From Trichomonas gallinae (taxonomy: Eukaryota): a stretch of 43,498 nucleotides of DNA. Position 1 is the first letter of the stretch. The number at the start of each line of letters is the position of its first letter. Position numbers and translations under genes: made by a program. Below, one piece after another: positions 32,292-42,503 of this stretch. A model generated the notes under the pieces. It saw nothing but the letters and a program-made list of their open reading frames with translations. It was not told the origin of the DNA and did no database searches. The stretch covers positions 1 through 43,498 of the forward strand of contig MRSU01009624.1 of assembly GCA_008369845.1 (NCBI GenBank), given 5' to 3'.

Positions 32292-32950
32292 AAATTTTTT
32301 TTTCTTTTTACTCGGAGAAAAACTAGAAATCACCAAGCATTTTCTTTTTCTGTGGTTTGCTTATATCAACAAGTAATTTCTGATTATTTTGATATATTGA
32401 TTATATTCATTAAATTATTTGACATTTTATATTTAATTAGTCTAGGTATCAAATATAAAGAAGTATTTGATAGGGAAAACCATTACCCATGATCAAATTT
32501 TAAGATTTTATAATCAGATAAATATATATCATTTTCAGACGATGAGCGACCAAAATAACAGATAAAATCGCTATTGTGCATTCAAATAATAACAAATATT
32601 CTTACTCATAAGGTTAATAAAATTTCAGCGAAATTGAGGACTGACTTATAACTATCAGCTGAGTGATAAATTTATATAAATTCATTAATATCTTATTATT
32701 TGTATTCCAAACTTTATTATTATATGTATTTTAAAAAATTATATTGATTTCATTCATAAATATCAGTCTTTGATAATTTTGGCAAACTTATTTCATAATT
32801 TTATCATCTATGAATGTAAAATATGATATGCTCATATCTATATCTAATAACTTATAAATATTCTCGAAGATGTCAAAATTTTTATAGTTTACATGACAAA
32901 TTTTGAAAAATTTTGTTCTGACACTTTTTAATACGTTATAAAACAAAAAA

Positions 32951-34351
32951 ATGAATAAAAAAGAGAAACTGGAAAATCTCGAAGAAGTTGAGTCAGGCCA
33001 AAATTCGGCAACGTCCTCCAAAAACGTCCACGTGAGGCCTCAGAATCCATTTCGAATTCCAGACGATAAAGAGCAATTTCAATTACACGAAACAATGCGA
33101 AATTCGGATAAAAAGTCAAGATCTAGGCTTCTCGACATAGTACCAAGCCGACAGAACTTTCGTCATTTAACACAAGTCACTACACAACCGATTTCAAATG
33201 AAGAAAAAGCGTTAGATGCACTTATTCCCGCACCTGACTCATCGAAGAACAGAGAAGGCCTAAGAGAGTTCATTTCCCAAAAGAGAGAAATCTTTTTGGC
33301 ACAACTCGCCATTGATACAAAAAGAGAAGAATTACAACGCTTAGAAAAGCTAGAAAAAGAAGAAGAACAGGCTCTTAAAGCTAAGGCTGCCGAAATCAAC
33401 CTTTTCAAGACACAATTCGCGAATTTCATCGAATCTGATGGAAAAGCAACAATGGAGGCCAGATCATCGGCAGAAAGGAAGTCAAAAGAAAGATTACAGG
33501 TATCAATGAAAATCAAACAAGTTTCAAGCCAAATTTCCACGTTAAGAAACGAAATTGCACATCAAGATGAAAAACTCGCTGAATGTCAGGAATATCAGCA
33601 ATTCCTTGAATCTCTGACACCACCTGACTGGAGGAAAACCCATCCTGGTGAAATGTACTTCCAAAACCCAGATCAACTCATAAATATAATTGTATCTCTT
33701 GAAGAACAGAATATGTTCTTAATTAGACACTGCCAGGAAGCTGAAGAAGCTGTAGAAAGATATAGAGCTAAGTTTAACGAGCTTTTAAACAGTCGTGAAG
33801 GTGGAATGAAACAAATGATCAATAACAAAGAGGAAAAAGAGAAAGAATTGACGCAATTGAGAGAGAACAACGGTCAATACAAGACGGAAGGCTCTTATAG
33901 ATATGGTAACGAATTAAATGACGACGAATACAAACAAATTCAGCAAGACATTATTATTTTCCATAAATTTTTGGGATTCGATGTTGCCAGCTCCAACGAT
34001 ATCTCAATGATGCTGAGAAGAATCGAAAATAAAATGGAACAACTAATTCTTAAATTAGAAAAAGCAGAGCCAAGCCACGTCAAAAGCCTCGCTCTCGAGA
34101 AAGAAAGAGAAAGAAGAGACCTCAAGAGAACGAAAGACCAGGAAGAGAAGCAGATGGCGCAGGCAGAGAAGGTCAGGAAAGCGATCGAACTCGCCAACAA
34201 ACCAATCGAGAGAAAACTCGGCCGCCCTGTCGTCGAGAGAATCATCCCGAAGAAGGGGCAGAGCAGGCAGGAGGAAGAAGACCGCGCGAGACAAGAGAAG
34301 CTCGAAAAAGAAGCAGACGAACAACTTTTGTTTGGCCAGATTTGGGACTAA
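32951..34351 (+). CDS. CFAP100: Cilia- and flagella-associated protein 100-like (CCDC37/CCDC38 family, DUF4200)
   Basis: LREFISQKREIFLAQLAIDTKREELQRLE; YQQFLESLTPPDW; MYFQNPDQL..LEEQNMFLI..CQEAEE; GRPVVER tail. Confidence 0.82.
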   Translation: MNKKEKLENLEEVESGQNSATSSKNVHVRPQNPFRIPDDKEQFQLHETMRNSDKKSRSRLLDIVPSRQNFRHLTQVTTQPISNEEKALDALIPAPDSSKNREGLREFISQKREIFLAQLAIDTKREELQRLEKLEKEEEQALKAKAAEINLFKTQFANFIESDGKATMEARSSAERKSKERLQVSMKIKQVSSQISTLRNEIAHQDEKLAECQEYQQFLESLTPPDWRKTHPGEMYFQNPDQLINIIVSLEEQNMFLIRHCQEAEEAVERYRAKFNELLNSREGGMKQMINNKEEKEKELTQLRENNGQYKTEGSYRYGNELNDDEYKQIQQDIIIFHKFLGFDVASSNDISMMLRRIENKMEQLILKLEKAEPSHVKSLALEKERERRDLKRTKDQEEKQMAQAEKVRKAIELANKPIERKLGRPVVERIIPKKGQSRQEEEDRARQEKLEKEADEQLLFGQIWD

Positions 34352-34425
34352 TTTTTTATGTTTTTTTATTGTTAGTTATATAAAGATATATTGTTTATTA
34401 TAAAATCTAAAACTATTTATTTGCA

Positions 34426-37400
34426 TCAAACATAAAACTCTTCTTGATTAGATAACTCATCTGAAAGCACATTAGAATTCTTGTTGAAGTGCTTGATTGC
34501 GATAACAGCGCCAATGATTCCGGTAATGACAGCGATTGCGCCTACTGTGGCACCAATGATGACTGGCAAATTCTTAGAATTTTGTTCATTTTTGTCATTA
34601 GGATTATCATCCTGTCTGGAGCCACGATCATTTGGAGAAACTGCTGAAGTCGTTGTTGGTTGATCATCAGGTTTCGTTTTATCACCTCCGTCACCTTCTT
34701 CTACATCACCATCATCGCCGCCTTTATCATCTCCTTTTTCTTCTTCTTTTCCTTCTCCTTTATCGCCTTCATCTTTACCTTCTTCTTCACCTTTTCCTTC
34801 TCCTTTATTATCTCCTTCTTCTTCACCTTTTCCTTCTCCTTTATTATCTCCTTCTTCTTTTCCTCCTTCTCCATTTTCATTACCTTTTTCTTCTTTTCCT
34901 TCCTCACCTTCATTACCTTCTTTTCCTTCGCCTTCATTATCTTTATCTTCTACTTTTCCTTCACCGTCATCACCTTTATCTTCTCCTTCATTGTGACCTT
35001 CACCTTCCTCATTGTGGCCTTCATCGCCTTGGTGTTCATTTTCGTTTTCACTGGCACCTTCATTATTTCCTTTATCATCACCTTCACCACCTTGATTTTC
35101 GCCATGGTCTTCATCACCTTCATCGGTTTCTTCTGGTGGTGTTTCTAATACAGGAAGAGGCTCGGTGACTTCTTCAAGGTTTGCATTGGCAAGTAAACCT
35201 GCAATTTCGATTTCTCCTTTTCTTGCAACTAATGAAATTATATGCTGTGAGTTTGGCGTTAAACCATCAATGCAGAAGAGAATGCTCTGGTAGATATTAT
35301 CCATGGCCATTTTTTCGGCATCTTCTGGGTCAATGTATGTTGTGTCGATGCTTCCAATGAATTTTGTGCCATCGTAAACATCTAAAACGCCGCCACCATA
35401 CTTAAGATGACGATCGCCAATAATTACGATAGAGTTGCCTGTAGAATTAAGATGAACATTGCATGTTAATCTTGCACTTTCATTGAGGTGCCAGCCTTTT
35501 CCATTATAATAAATACCTTCTTTAGAAAGATTTCCTGATCCTGTTAATTTGAATTTCGTGTGTGTTGCTGGAATGATGTTATCTGTTGTTCCTGCATTCC
35601 TTAGTATTGGGAAGACTTTAGAAATTGTGTTTCCTGCTGTTGTAATAGAAAGAACTTTGCATGTATGAGGTGCATCAAAATCAATTGCATTATTTGAACT
35701 TGGATCGTAATTCTGATTATAGATTTGTTCTCCATCGCATGAAATTTGAAGATTTGCGGCGTTTTGAAGTGGAATTCTGAGTCTGTCGAATTTGATTTGA
35801 TGTTTGAAGTCAACGTTGTATGTTGTTAAGTCAGCTGTTGCTTGACGACTGTTTGGATTTGTAATCTTGAATTTGCGATTGTCATATTTGAGATCTCTTG
35901 AATCGACAAAGTGTCCAAGTGTTGGATCATTTTCAAAATCAGGAACGAATTCATATGTATCAACATCTCCTTCCTTTGCATTCCAGAACATTGTCATCTT
36001 ATCAGTGATTGACTTAACTTGATCATTATCATTGTAAACAAAGCCGATTTCACCGTTTGCAAAACCACCTCTTGTTTGGACCAACAAATATCTGAAGTAG
36101 TAGTGTTTGCCTTCTTGGAGATTGGTATAACCTTCGCGAACCTGGGTACCCTGGCGTACTGAAACGCGGTAATTTCTAGCCTGCATTACATCTTCAGGGA
36201 GAGGTTGGGCAGAGATATAAAACTCGCCATCATATGAAGACTTGAATACGAACTTGTGTTGAGAAGTTTTCTCTGGAATGAAAATTCCCTCAACCATTGC
36301 AATCCATCTGACATTATAAGGGAATTCTGGATTAGGTATATTTATTCCTGATCCAGTTTCAGATGCTGCGGTAGCTTTGTCACCCATCATTGTATTATAA
36401 GCAGATCCCAAAGTTAATCTTCCTGTTGGTTTATCGTAATAAATTGTGACACCATTGACAATCTGTCTAACCTTAACAACGACTGTAGTTATCTGCTCAT
36501 TTGTTGTATCTTTATACTTAACATAAAACTTTTCAATAGCATGAATATCTTCAGGTGGAGTGTAATTATAAACACCGTTGCTTATTTCTTCAAGATTTCC
36601 TGTTACTGGAGTAATTGAATCAAATTCAAAGTCGTGGCATCCAGGGACTGTTGTCTTATATTTAGCAAAGTTAAATGTATACGGTGCCCTGCATGGGATT
36701 GTAAATGGTCTGGCTGTTTCAATTTCAGTGCCATCATCAAGTACATAACCAGTCTGATATAAACAAGCTACTGGATGTAATTCTTTGTAACCTAATGCTG
36801 TAATTTTGTCATGAACTTCTTGGCTAATATCTGTGTCATAGTTTAAGTATGGTACTTGATCATCTCCAGTTCCTTCTATTAATCCGCTAAATGTCTTATA
36901 AAAAGGTCTGACATCGCGCTTTGACATAGTACAGAGATGAAGCAAGAATTCTCCATGGTAGCCATATTGACTTCTCTTGAAATCTTTCTGTATAACATGT
37001 GCCTTTAAAATCTTGCGCCACAGGTCATGGCCGAAGAAGTAGAGATAGTTTGAGTAGAATGCTAACATGTCTTTGTAAGTGAGTGACTTGTATGGATGAG
37101 CTCTTTGATTCCAACCCATGCCAATGATTTTGTACTGATCTTTGAAATTAACGCGTCTTGTTTCCGTCATCTGACACATCTTTGCATATGAGATGAGGTT
37201 GAGAGCATTGTTCGTGACCTCAACGAAGTTTCCTGTACCCCAGTTCTCCTGGAAATGATGTCCATATTCATGGAATTGTCCCCAGGCTCCCCATTTTGCG
37301 GTATCGTAGCTGGAAAAATCTCCGAACCAACTTGATGGTGCCTGGACATAATTATACCAAATATAAGCCAAAGCACCCTTATTGTCGGGAACGAATGAGT

Positions 37401-38337
37401 CTAAATGGAACTGTAATGGTTTATGAACGCGTCCGTCTGAACGACGAGGATATTTATAGATTTCATTGATTGAATATAAAACTCTGCTTGTTCCACGCCA
37501 TAATGCCATAGCGTCATTCATCTTAAGTGAGTTGCGCGCGTAAACACTTGGACCAGTTATAACCATTGCACCTGTATCTAGCATCATTATTGGTGCTGGT
37601 AATTTTGATATTTCTTCTTCCCACTCTTGATCAGTGTGTACACCATATTTGAAGAATGGAGCTCTGATGCCACCTGTAATATTAACATCAAATCCCAAAT
37701 TATATGTATCTACATCTAATTGAAGAACAAGATTTGCGCCAAATGGCCAAGCGATTTGGTTAACTCGTTTATGGAGAGGTATGTAAGCAGCCAATCTTCT
37801 TGTCCTATAGTTCCATTCAGGATTGTCTTTGCAATGTCGATCCATGTGTGCATTAATCTTACCAACAGCTTTTTCAGGTATTTCGATTGTAATAGATTCT
37901 CCTGGTGGCATGTATACGCCTGTATAGTGATATTCTTGATATCTTGTGTTCATAAATAATCTAAATTTATATCTTGGTGCGTCATTTACTAGTTTTGCAT
38001 CACCTTCAAACTGATTAACACCAGCTGGATGTGCAAATAGCTTGTCTTTTGGAAAAACATCGTGCGCTTCTAAATAATTGTCGAAAATTGCGGAAGTTTC
38101 TTTTTGTAATCTGTCATTATCTGCGGTTTTTGCATGGTCTGGCCAGCCGTATTCTTCGTATTTGATTGGTGGGTTGACCCAGCCAGATTCGTTAATAAGT
38201 CTAACTTCTGGCTTTTCTACTTCATGCAAAATAACCAAGCTGTCGCATTCTTGAGCTTGAACTGTGTCAGTGCCAGTGTAACCAAATCTTGATGGAGTGA
38301 ATGGTTTGATGAATTGTAATAATAGAAACAAAAACAT
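34426..38337 (-). CDS. M60-like (enhancin/PF13402) surface zinc metallopeptidase with PA14-like and putative carbohydrate-binding domains, acidic stalk and C-terminal TM helix
   Basis: ATG at 38337 (MFLFLLLQF leader, initiator TCATA). HYTGVYMPPGE, PFGANL, WGQFHEYGHHFQ..EVTNN gluzincin motif (HEYGH at 37272-37258); G/E/K/D repeat stalk; TM VIIGATVGAIAVITGIIGAVIAI. Confidence 0.9.
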   Translation of the reverse strand: MFLFLLLQFIKPFTPSRFGYTGTDTVQAQECDSLVILHEVEKPEVRLINESGWVNPPIKYEEYGWPDHAKTADNDRLQKETSAIFDNYLEAHDVFPKDKLFAHPAGVNQFEGDAKLVNDAPRYKFRLFMNTRYQEYHYTGVYMPPGESITIEIPEKAVGKINAHMDRHCKDNPEWNYRTRRLAAYIPLHKRVNQIAWPFGANLVLQLDVDTYNLGFDVNITGGIRAPFFKYGVHTDQEWEEEISKLPAPIMMLDTGAMVITGPSVYARNSLKMNDAMALWRGTSRVLYSINEIYKYPRRSDGRVHKPLQFHLDSFVPDNKGALAYIWYNYVQAPSSWFGDFSSYDTAKWGAWGQFHEYGHHFQENWGTGNFVEVTNNALNLISYAKMCQMTETRRVNFKDQYKIIGMGWNQRAHPYKSLTYKDMLAFYSNYLYFFGHDLWRKILKAHVIQKDFKRSQYGYHGEFLLHLCTMSKRDVRPFYKTFSGLIEGTGDDQVPYLNYDTDISQEVHDKITALGYKELHPVACLYQTGYVLDDGTEIETARPFTIPCRAPYTFNFAKYKTTVPGCHDFEFDSITPVTGNLEEISNGVYNYTPPEDIHAIEKFYVKYKDTTNEQITTVVVKVRQIVNGVTIYYDKPTGRLTLGSAYNTMMGDKATAASETGSGINIPNPEFPYNVRWIAMVEGIFIPEKTSQHKFVFKSSYDGEFYISAQPLPEDVMQARNYRVSVRQGTQVREGYTNLQEGKHYYFRYLLVQTRGGFANGEIGFVYNDNDQVKSITDKMTMFWNAKEGDVDTYEFVPDFENDPTLGHFVDSRDLKYDNRKFKITNPNSRQATADLTTYNVDFKHQIKFDRLRIPLQNAANLQISCDGEQIYNQNYDPSSNNAIDFDAPHTCKVLSITTAGNTISKVFPILRNAGTTDNIIPATHTKFKLTGSGNLSKEGIYYNGKGWHLNESARLTCNVHLNSTGNSIVIIGDRHLKYGGGVLDVYDGTKFIGSIDTTYIDPEDAEKMAMDNIYQSILFCIDGLTPNSQHIISLVARKGEIEIAGLLANANLEEVTEPLPVLETPPEETDEGDEDHGENQGGEGDDKGNNEGASENENEHQGDEGHNEEGEGHNEGEDKGDDGEGKVEDKDNEGEGKEGNEGEEGKEEKGNENGEGGKEEGDNKGEGKGEEEGDNKGEGKGEEEGKDEGDKGEGKEEEKGDDKGGDDGDVEEGDGGDKTKPDDQPTTTSAVSPNDRGSRQDDNPNDKNEQNSKNLPVIIGATVGAIAVITGIIGAVIAIKHFNKNSNVLSDELSNQEEFYV
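34725..35040 (-). repeat. Coding tandem repeats of the acidic stalk, including a perfect 36-bp duplication (GDNKGEGKGEEE)
   Basis: The unit CCTTCTTCTTCACCTTTTCCTTCTCCTTTATTATCT occurs twice near 34778-34858, within more degenerate copies. Confidence 0.85.
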
Positions 38338-38799
38338 AATTTTGATATGAAAATTTTTCAAAGATCTGATTATGCTATGACATGGTGAGACTATATTTAA
38401 GATTTAAAAAACAAAATTTAGAATAACCATAAAATGAAATATTTTAAAATATTGATTATTATGTTATAAATATAATAATGCCTATAAATGTTTGAAAAGT
38501 TTTTTGAATTTTTGTTAAGGCTCACAAAAATTCTTTCAAAAGATTTTGTGAGAAATTAATTTTAAATATGTATTGAATAAATATCAATATTTACACAATT
38601 AATTTTTTGAAAAAAAAGTGTTTATTTTAGTTATTATACTATTTAAGTTATATTATACATTTTGCTTTTTTATTCAAATTCAAAAGATTTCTGAAACTGA
38701 TCATCAGAATCAATTGAACTTATATATTTCGCTGTGTATCATATTTTGAAATAATGGAAAAAAATTATAATCGGAATAAATACTTTATGTGTCAGCTTT

Positions 38800-38990
38800 T
38801 ATATTTACATTACATATTTTATAATCTGACAAAGTATCAATTGTAAAATTTACATGGCATTTTATTTTGTAATTTGGCAAGGTGTCAAATTCAATTTTTA
38901 CATGGCATCTTATTTTGTAATCAGACAAATTGTCACTTGAACAATTTACATGACATATTATTATCACAAATCTGACATATTGACAGATTG
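38800..38990. repeat. Degenerate 48-bp tandem repeat (about 4 units)
   Basis: TTTACAT cores at 38804, 38849, 38897 and 38945, each followed by ..CAT..TATTTTRTAAT..G(A)CAA. Confidence 0.8.
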
Positions 38991-39301
38991 AATTTTTCAA
39001 AGAATTTCGTAAATCGAGAGAATTTCATTTTCCAGATTCTAATAAAATTGGCATCAACGTAAAAAGCAGATATTTAACGAGAGATACAATAGATAAGATA
39101 ATTTAATTAATTTTTTAATAAAATGTCGAAATATGACGATTTATCCATTATAAATACACTCACATGCATGATATATTACTGTATATTATAGAAATAGTCG
39201 AAAAAAATTATTTCAAAAAGATTCAATTTATTGGATTATTTCAACCGTAATAATGTAAAAAGTTAGACATTTATAACTCAACAGCTATGAGTTTTTTATC
39301 T

Positions 39302-40573
39302 TTATTCTGTGAATCGGCTGATTAATGCTGAGAAAGCCTCATTTGCATCTTGTGAATCGACGTCTCCTTGGAATGGTTCACCCTGGATAGCGTTAAGTGA
39401 GACACCAGCACTGATGCAGAACTGCTTGACCTTCTCGATATCGATCTTGCCCTTGTTTGCGATTGTGTAGAATCCGTTTGCTCTAATCTTAGCCTGGTCG
39501 ATGATCCAATTGGCCATGTTATCGAAATCAGTGAATGTTGAGATCTTAGAAAGGATTTTCTCGTCGCGCTGAAGGATTTCGGCGATTTGTTCCTTAGACA
39601 TTGATCTTGTTAAGAGGGACTTGCATGTAATGACAAGGCAGAAGTCAGAGCAGTCACCCAAGAGAGTATCATGGATAAGTTCGTGGCCTGGGAAATCCTC
39701 GGAGTCGAAAATAAATGTAATATGAGATCCAAGGTTGTGGCAAACGAATGTAGCGTTCATAACTTCTGTGAAGATATCAGCGGAATCCTTGTTGCGAGTA
39801 TCGACGACGTAAATAACTGAATATTTTGGTCTGAGAGATACGATTCTGGCGTTCAAAGTCTCGCGATTGAAAGATTGCATTGTTAAGAGGTGGCCCTTTA
39901 AGTTCTGCTTTTCGAAAACGGAAAGGATTGGAAGAGAAATGTGCGATGAGTTGCAAATTAAAACGAAATCAGAGTTTGTATTTGTAAGTCTATCCTCGAT
40001 TGGATGCTCGATTCTGTATCTTAATGTCTCGACGAGTTCTGGTGTAACTGGTGAGGACTTTGTATCCTTTTCTGAAAGGACATAGCTATCCGAATTAATT
40101 GGCTTTGGCCATTGGATACCGATCTGTGGGTCCATTGGGTTAACAGCGAAGTCGAGGTGTGGGAAGAAGCAGCCGCCCTGATAATAGCAAAGAACGGAAT
40201 CTTCTTCAGCGGAGAAAACGCCGTGAGCGCAGTATGGTGGAACAATGACGTGTGTATCCTTATCAAGCCAGCATCCAGCCCACTTCATGAATGTTGGGGA
40301 GTTTGGACGCATGTCGACGCAAACATCGAACATCTTGCCTTGAGGGCAGAAGGCGATCTTGTGATATGGAGCAATGTGGATGCCACGGATGACATTCAGT
40401 TTAGATCTAGAGATGTTGATTTGCTTCATTTCTGGATCAGTGTGATTTTTAAGAATGTTGAAAAGCTCGATTAAGTCTGTATTCGGGTCTGCTGTTGTTC
40501 CTGGCTTTCTGATAGCCTTGTACTGAATCATTCCATCGACTGCAAGTGGTGTTGCTTCGAAATGATCAATCAT
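39302..40573 (-). CDS. rmlC: NDP-4-dehydrorhamnose 3,5-epimerase (RmlC cupin) fused to a degenerate SDR (RmlD/NRS-ER-like) domain
   Basis: First ATG at 40573. QINISRSKLNVIRGIH, KIAFCPQGKMFDVCVDMRPNSPTFMKW, VPPYCAHG, DPQIGIQWP and LSEKD are RmlC signatures. Confidence 0.88.
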   Translation of the reverse strand: MIDHFEATPLAVDGMIQYKAIRKPGTTADPNTDLIELFNILKNHTDPEMKQINISRSKLNVIRGIHIAPYHKIAFCPQGKMFDVCVDMRPNSPTFMKWAGCWLDKDTHVIVPPYCAHGVFSAEEDSVLCYYQGGCFFPHLDFAVNPMDPQIGIQWPKPINSDSYVLSEKDTKSSPVTPELVETLRYRIEHPIEDRLTNTNSDFVLICNSSHISLPILSVFEKQNLKGHLLTMQSFNRETLNARIVSLRPKYSVIYVVDTRNKDSADIFTEVMNATFVCHNLGSHITFIFDSEDFPGHELIHDTLLGDCSDFCLVITCKSLLTRSMSKEQIAEILQRDEKILSKISTFTDFDNMANWIIDQAKIRANGFYTIANKGKIDIEKVKQFCISAGVSLNAIQGEPFQGDVDSQDANEAFSALISRFTE

Positions 40574-42503
40574 TCCAAATTTTTGAACGATATTTTTTTG
40601 GTTTAACTTCACTTTCCTAGTTCAGCATGTTTTCTATATGTAAACAAACAGGAATTTATCACTTTAATAAAAAAATTATATAAATTTACATGTCAGATTT
40701 GATTTGTTTCAATGCTTACGTGTCAGAGGAAAGGTTTAAAAAATTCATACCACTTAATCAAATTAAACAGTAGTTTGCTGGCTGCTAATGTTTAAACGGC
40801 TGTTCTTTCGCTCAATAATCTTAATATAATTCTTGTGCTTTTGAAGGTTTACCTTCAAATAATATTATTTGGTAGAGTATTTGCAGCTTGTATAGATATC
40901 ATTGAGTCGTTCATTGTTTTCCCCATTTGTCATGTTATCGATTTCAAGATTTGCAAAGTTCCAAATTTTATCCTAATATGAAATAATTAACAACAATACC
41001 AATAATATTATGATAATGTAAATGCTTTTACACTACTTAACGTATATAAAAGTGCAGATATGAATTATTCGCAGAAAGTCAAAGGATAATATAATAAATT
41101 TCTGTGATAAATGATGAATTTATCTAAATTTAATATTATTTTATGAGTTTAAAGCGCTAATTTATCAAGTTTTTCATTATGAAATTCACATTTTATCAAA
41201 AAAATCAAGAAAATTCTGTAGTTCCTACGATGAATTTCTTTCAAATCTTGTGATTTTGCTAAAAATTACCGGTGAAATTGGGCTCGTATGAGCTTGGATA
41301 TCACATCATTAACATTATCAGTCATGGATTATTAATGTAATAGTTAATATAATTATTATTTCTGTCTTCAAGTCTATTCTGCATGAAATTACAAAGTAAT
41401 ATATGCGTGCTTCCATATTGATTAATAGTAACACTGGTATAAGATATGATATCTATTCGACGAAGGTATTTTATCTTATTGATGTTTTTATATAACGGGT
41501 TTTTTAACTCCATACTCAGTATTTCATTGACTTATGAAAGAATATCAAAGATTTTAATGAGATATAGTTTCAGTCTTTATTCATTAAAAAATGCCAAATG
41601 TAATGTTTTGGATTTTTCTATTTATTGGAAATTTGGAACATTGGAACTGCATCAAATGTTCATAAGCATAACATTTACAGTATAGATATGTCAGTTTTCG
41701 CTTATCGATGTTGAAATTTCAGATATTGCTTAGAAAATCTGCATTCTCTTTCTGTAGGTTCAGCAGTGTATAAAGAAAGACCGAAAAATCATGATCTTAA
41801 TTTCCTAAGCAGCAAATGTATAACTTTCCGATTCAATAGATCTCGTTAATTCAAAACAAAATAGTTGTATCAATGACCATCGGGGACCTTTGTAAAGTAA
41901 TCATATGCAAACTGACTTTGATATCTTCTCGGAACGTCAAAATGTTAGTAATGAAATTTGAAGAAAAAGTTTGACAATCTGACTCATAAAAGATCTAATC
42001 AAATCATAGTAAATTCCAGAATAATTTTAATCTACTCATACCAAAAATCTTAATCCACAAATTTAATCTAAAAATCGATTTAAAGTGTTTTGACACGTAA
42101 ATATTTTTGGAAAATGTTCGAATTTCATACATAATCATGAAAAATTTATTGTAGTTATTAAATTAAGGAAACATTCATAGGAAAAATCAATAATATTTTT
42201 TTGACATGTAAAACATATAATTCAAATGTCAGATTTTTGTGGATATTTATGCTTTATTTATGGTAATTATTAAATTAACAAAGCGGGTTAAGGAGAATCA
42301 GATAATAGTTTTTTGACATGTAAAGGTCAGATTTCACTCCGACCAAAGTCTTTTCGTTATGATATTTTGGTTACAAACAAGGAATTAACTTGATATTTAA
42401 AATAAAAACCAGAATAAAATTTACATCGACGATACAGGAAGTTTGGTCAATGCAAAATTTCCCTTAGAAATAATTGTGAGACTCAGAAATCGCATTTTTT
42501 ATT

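Noticed and set aside
34632..35168. His/Leu- and Phe/Ile-rich plus-strand ORFs
   Set aside because: Antisense to the G/E/K repeat stalk. The same applies to antisense ORFs over the Hsp110-like, acidic LRR and CFAP100 genes.
38785..39000. 71-aa ORF with repeated KIxCHV; also considered as a CRISPR-like array
   Set aside because: Translation of a degenerate tandem repeat with a TTG start; no unique spacers or cas genes; eukaryotic context.
40740..41960. Short ORFs and coding-like patches between rmlC and SAHH
   Set aside because: Interrupted by stops, with no family motif or terminal repeats that I can support.
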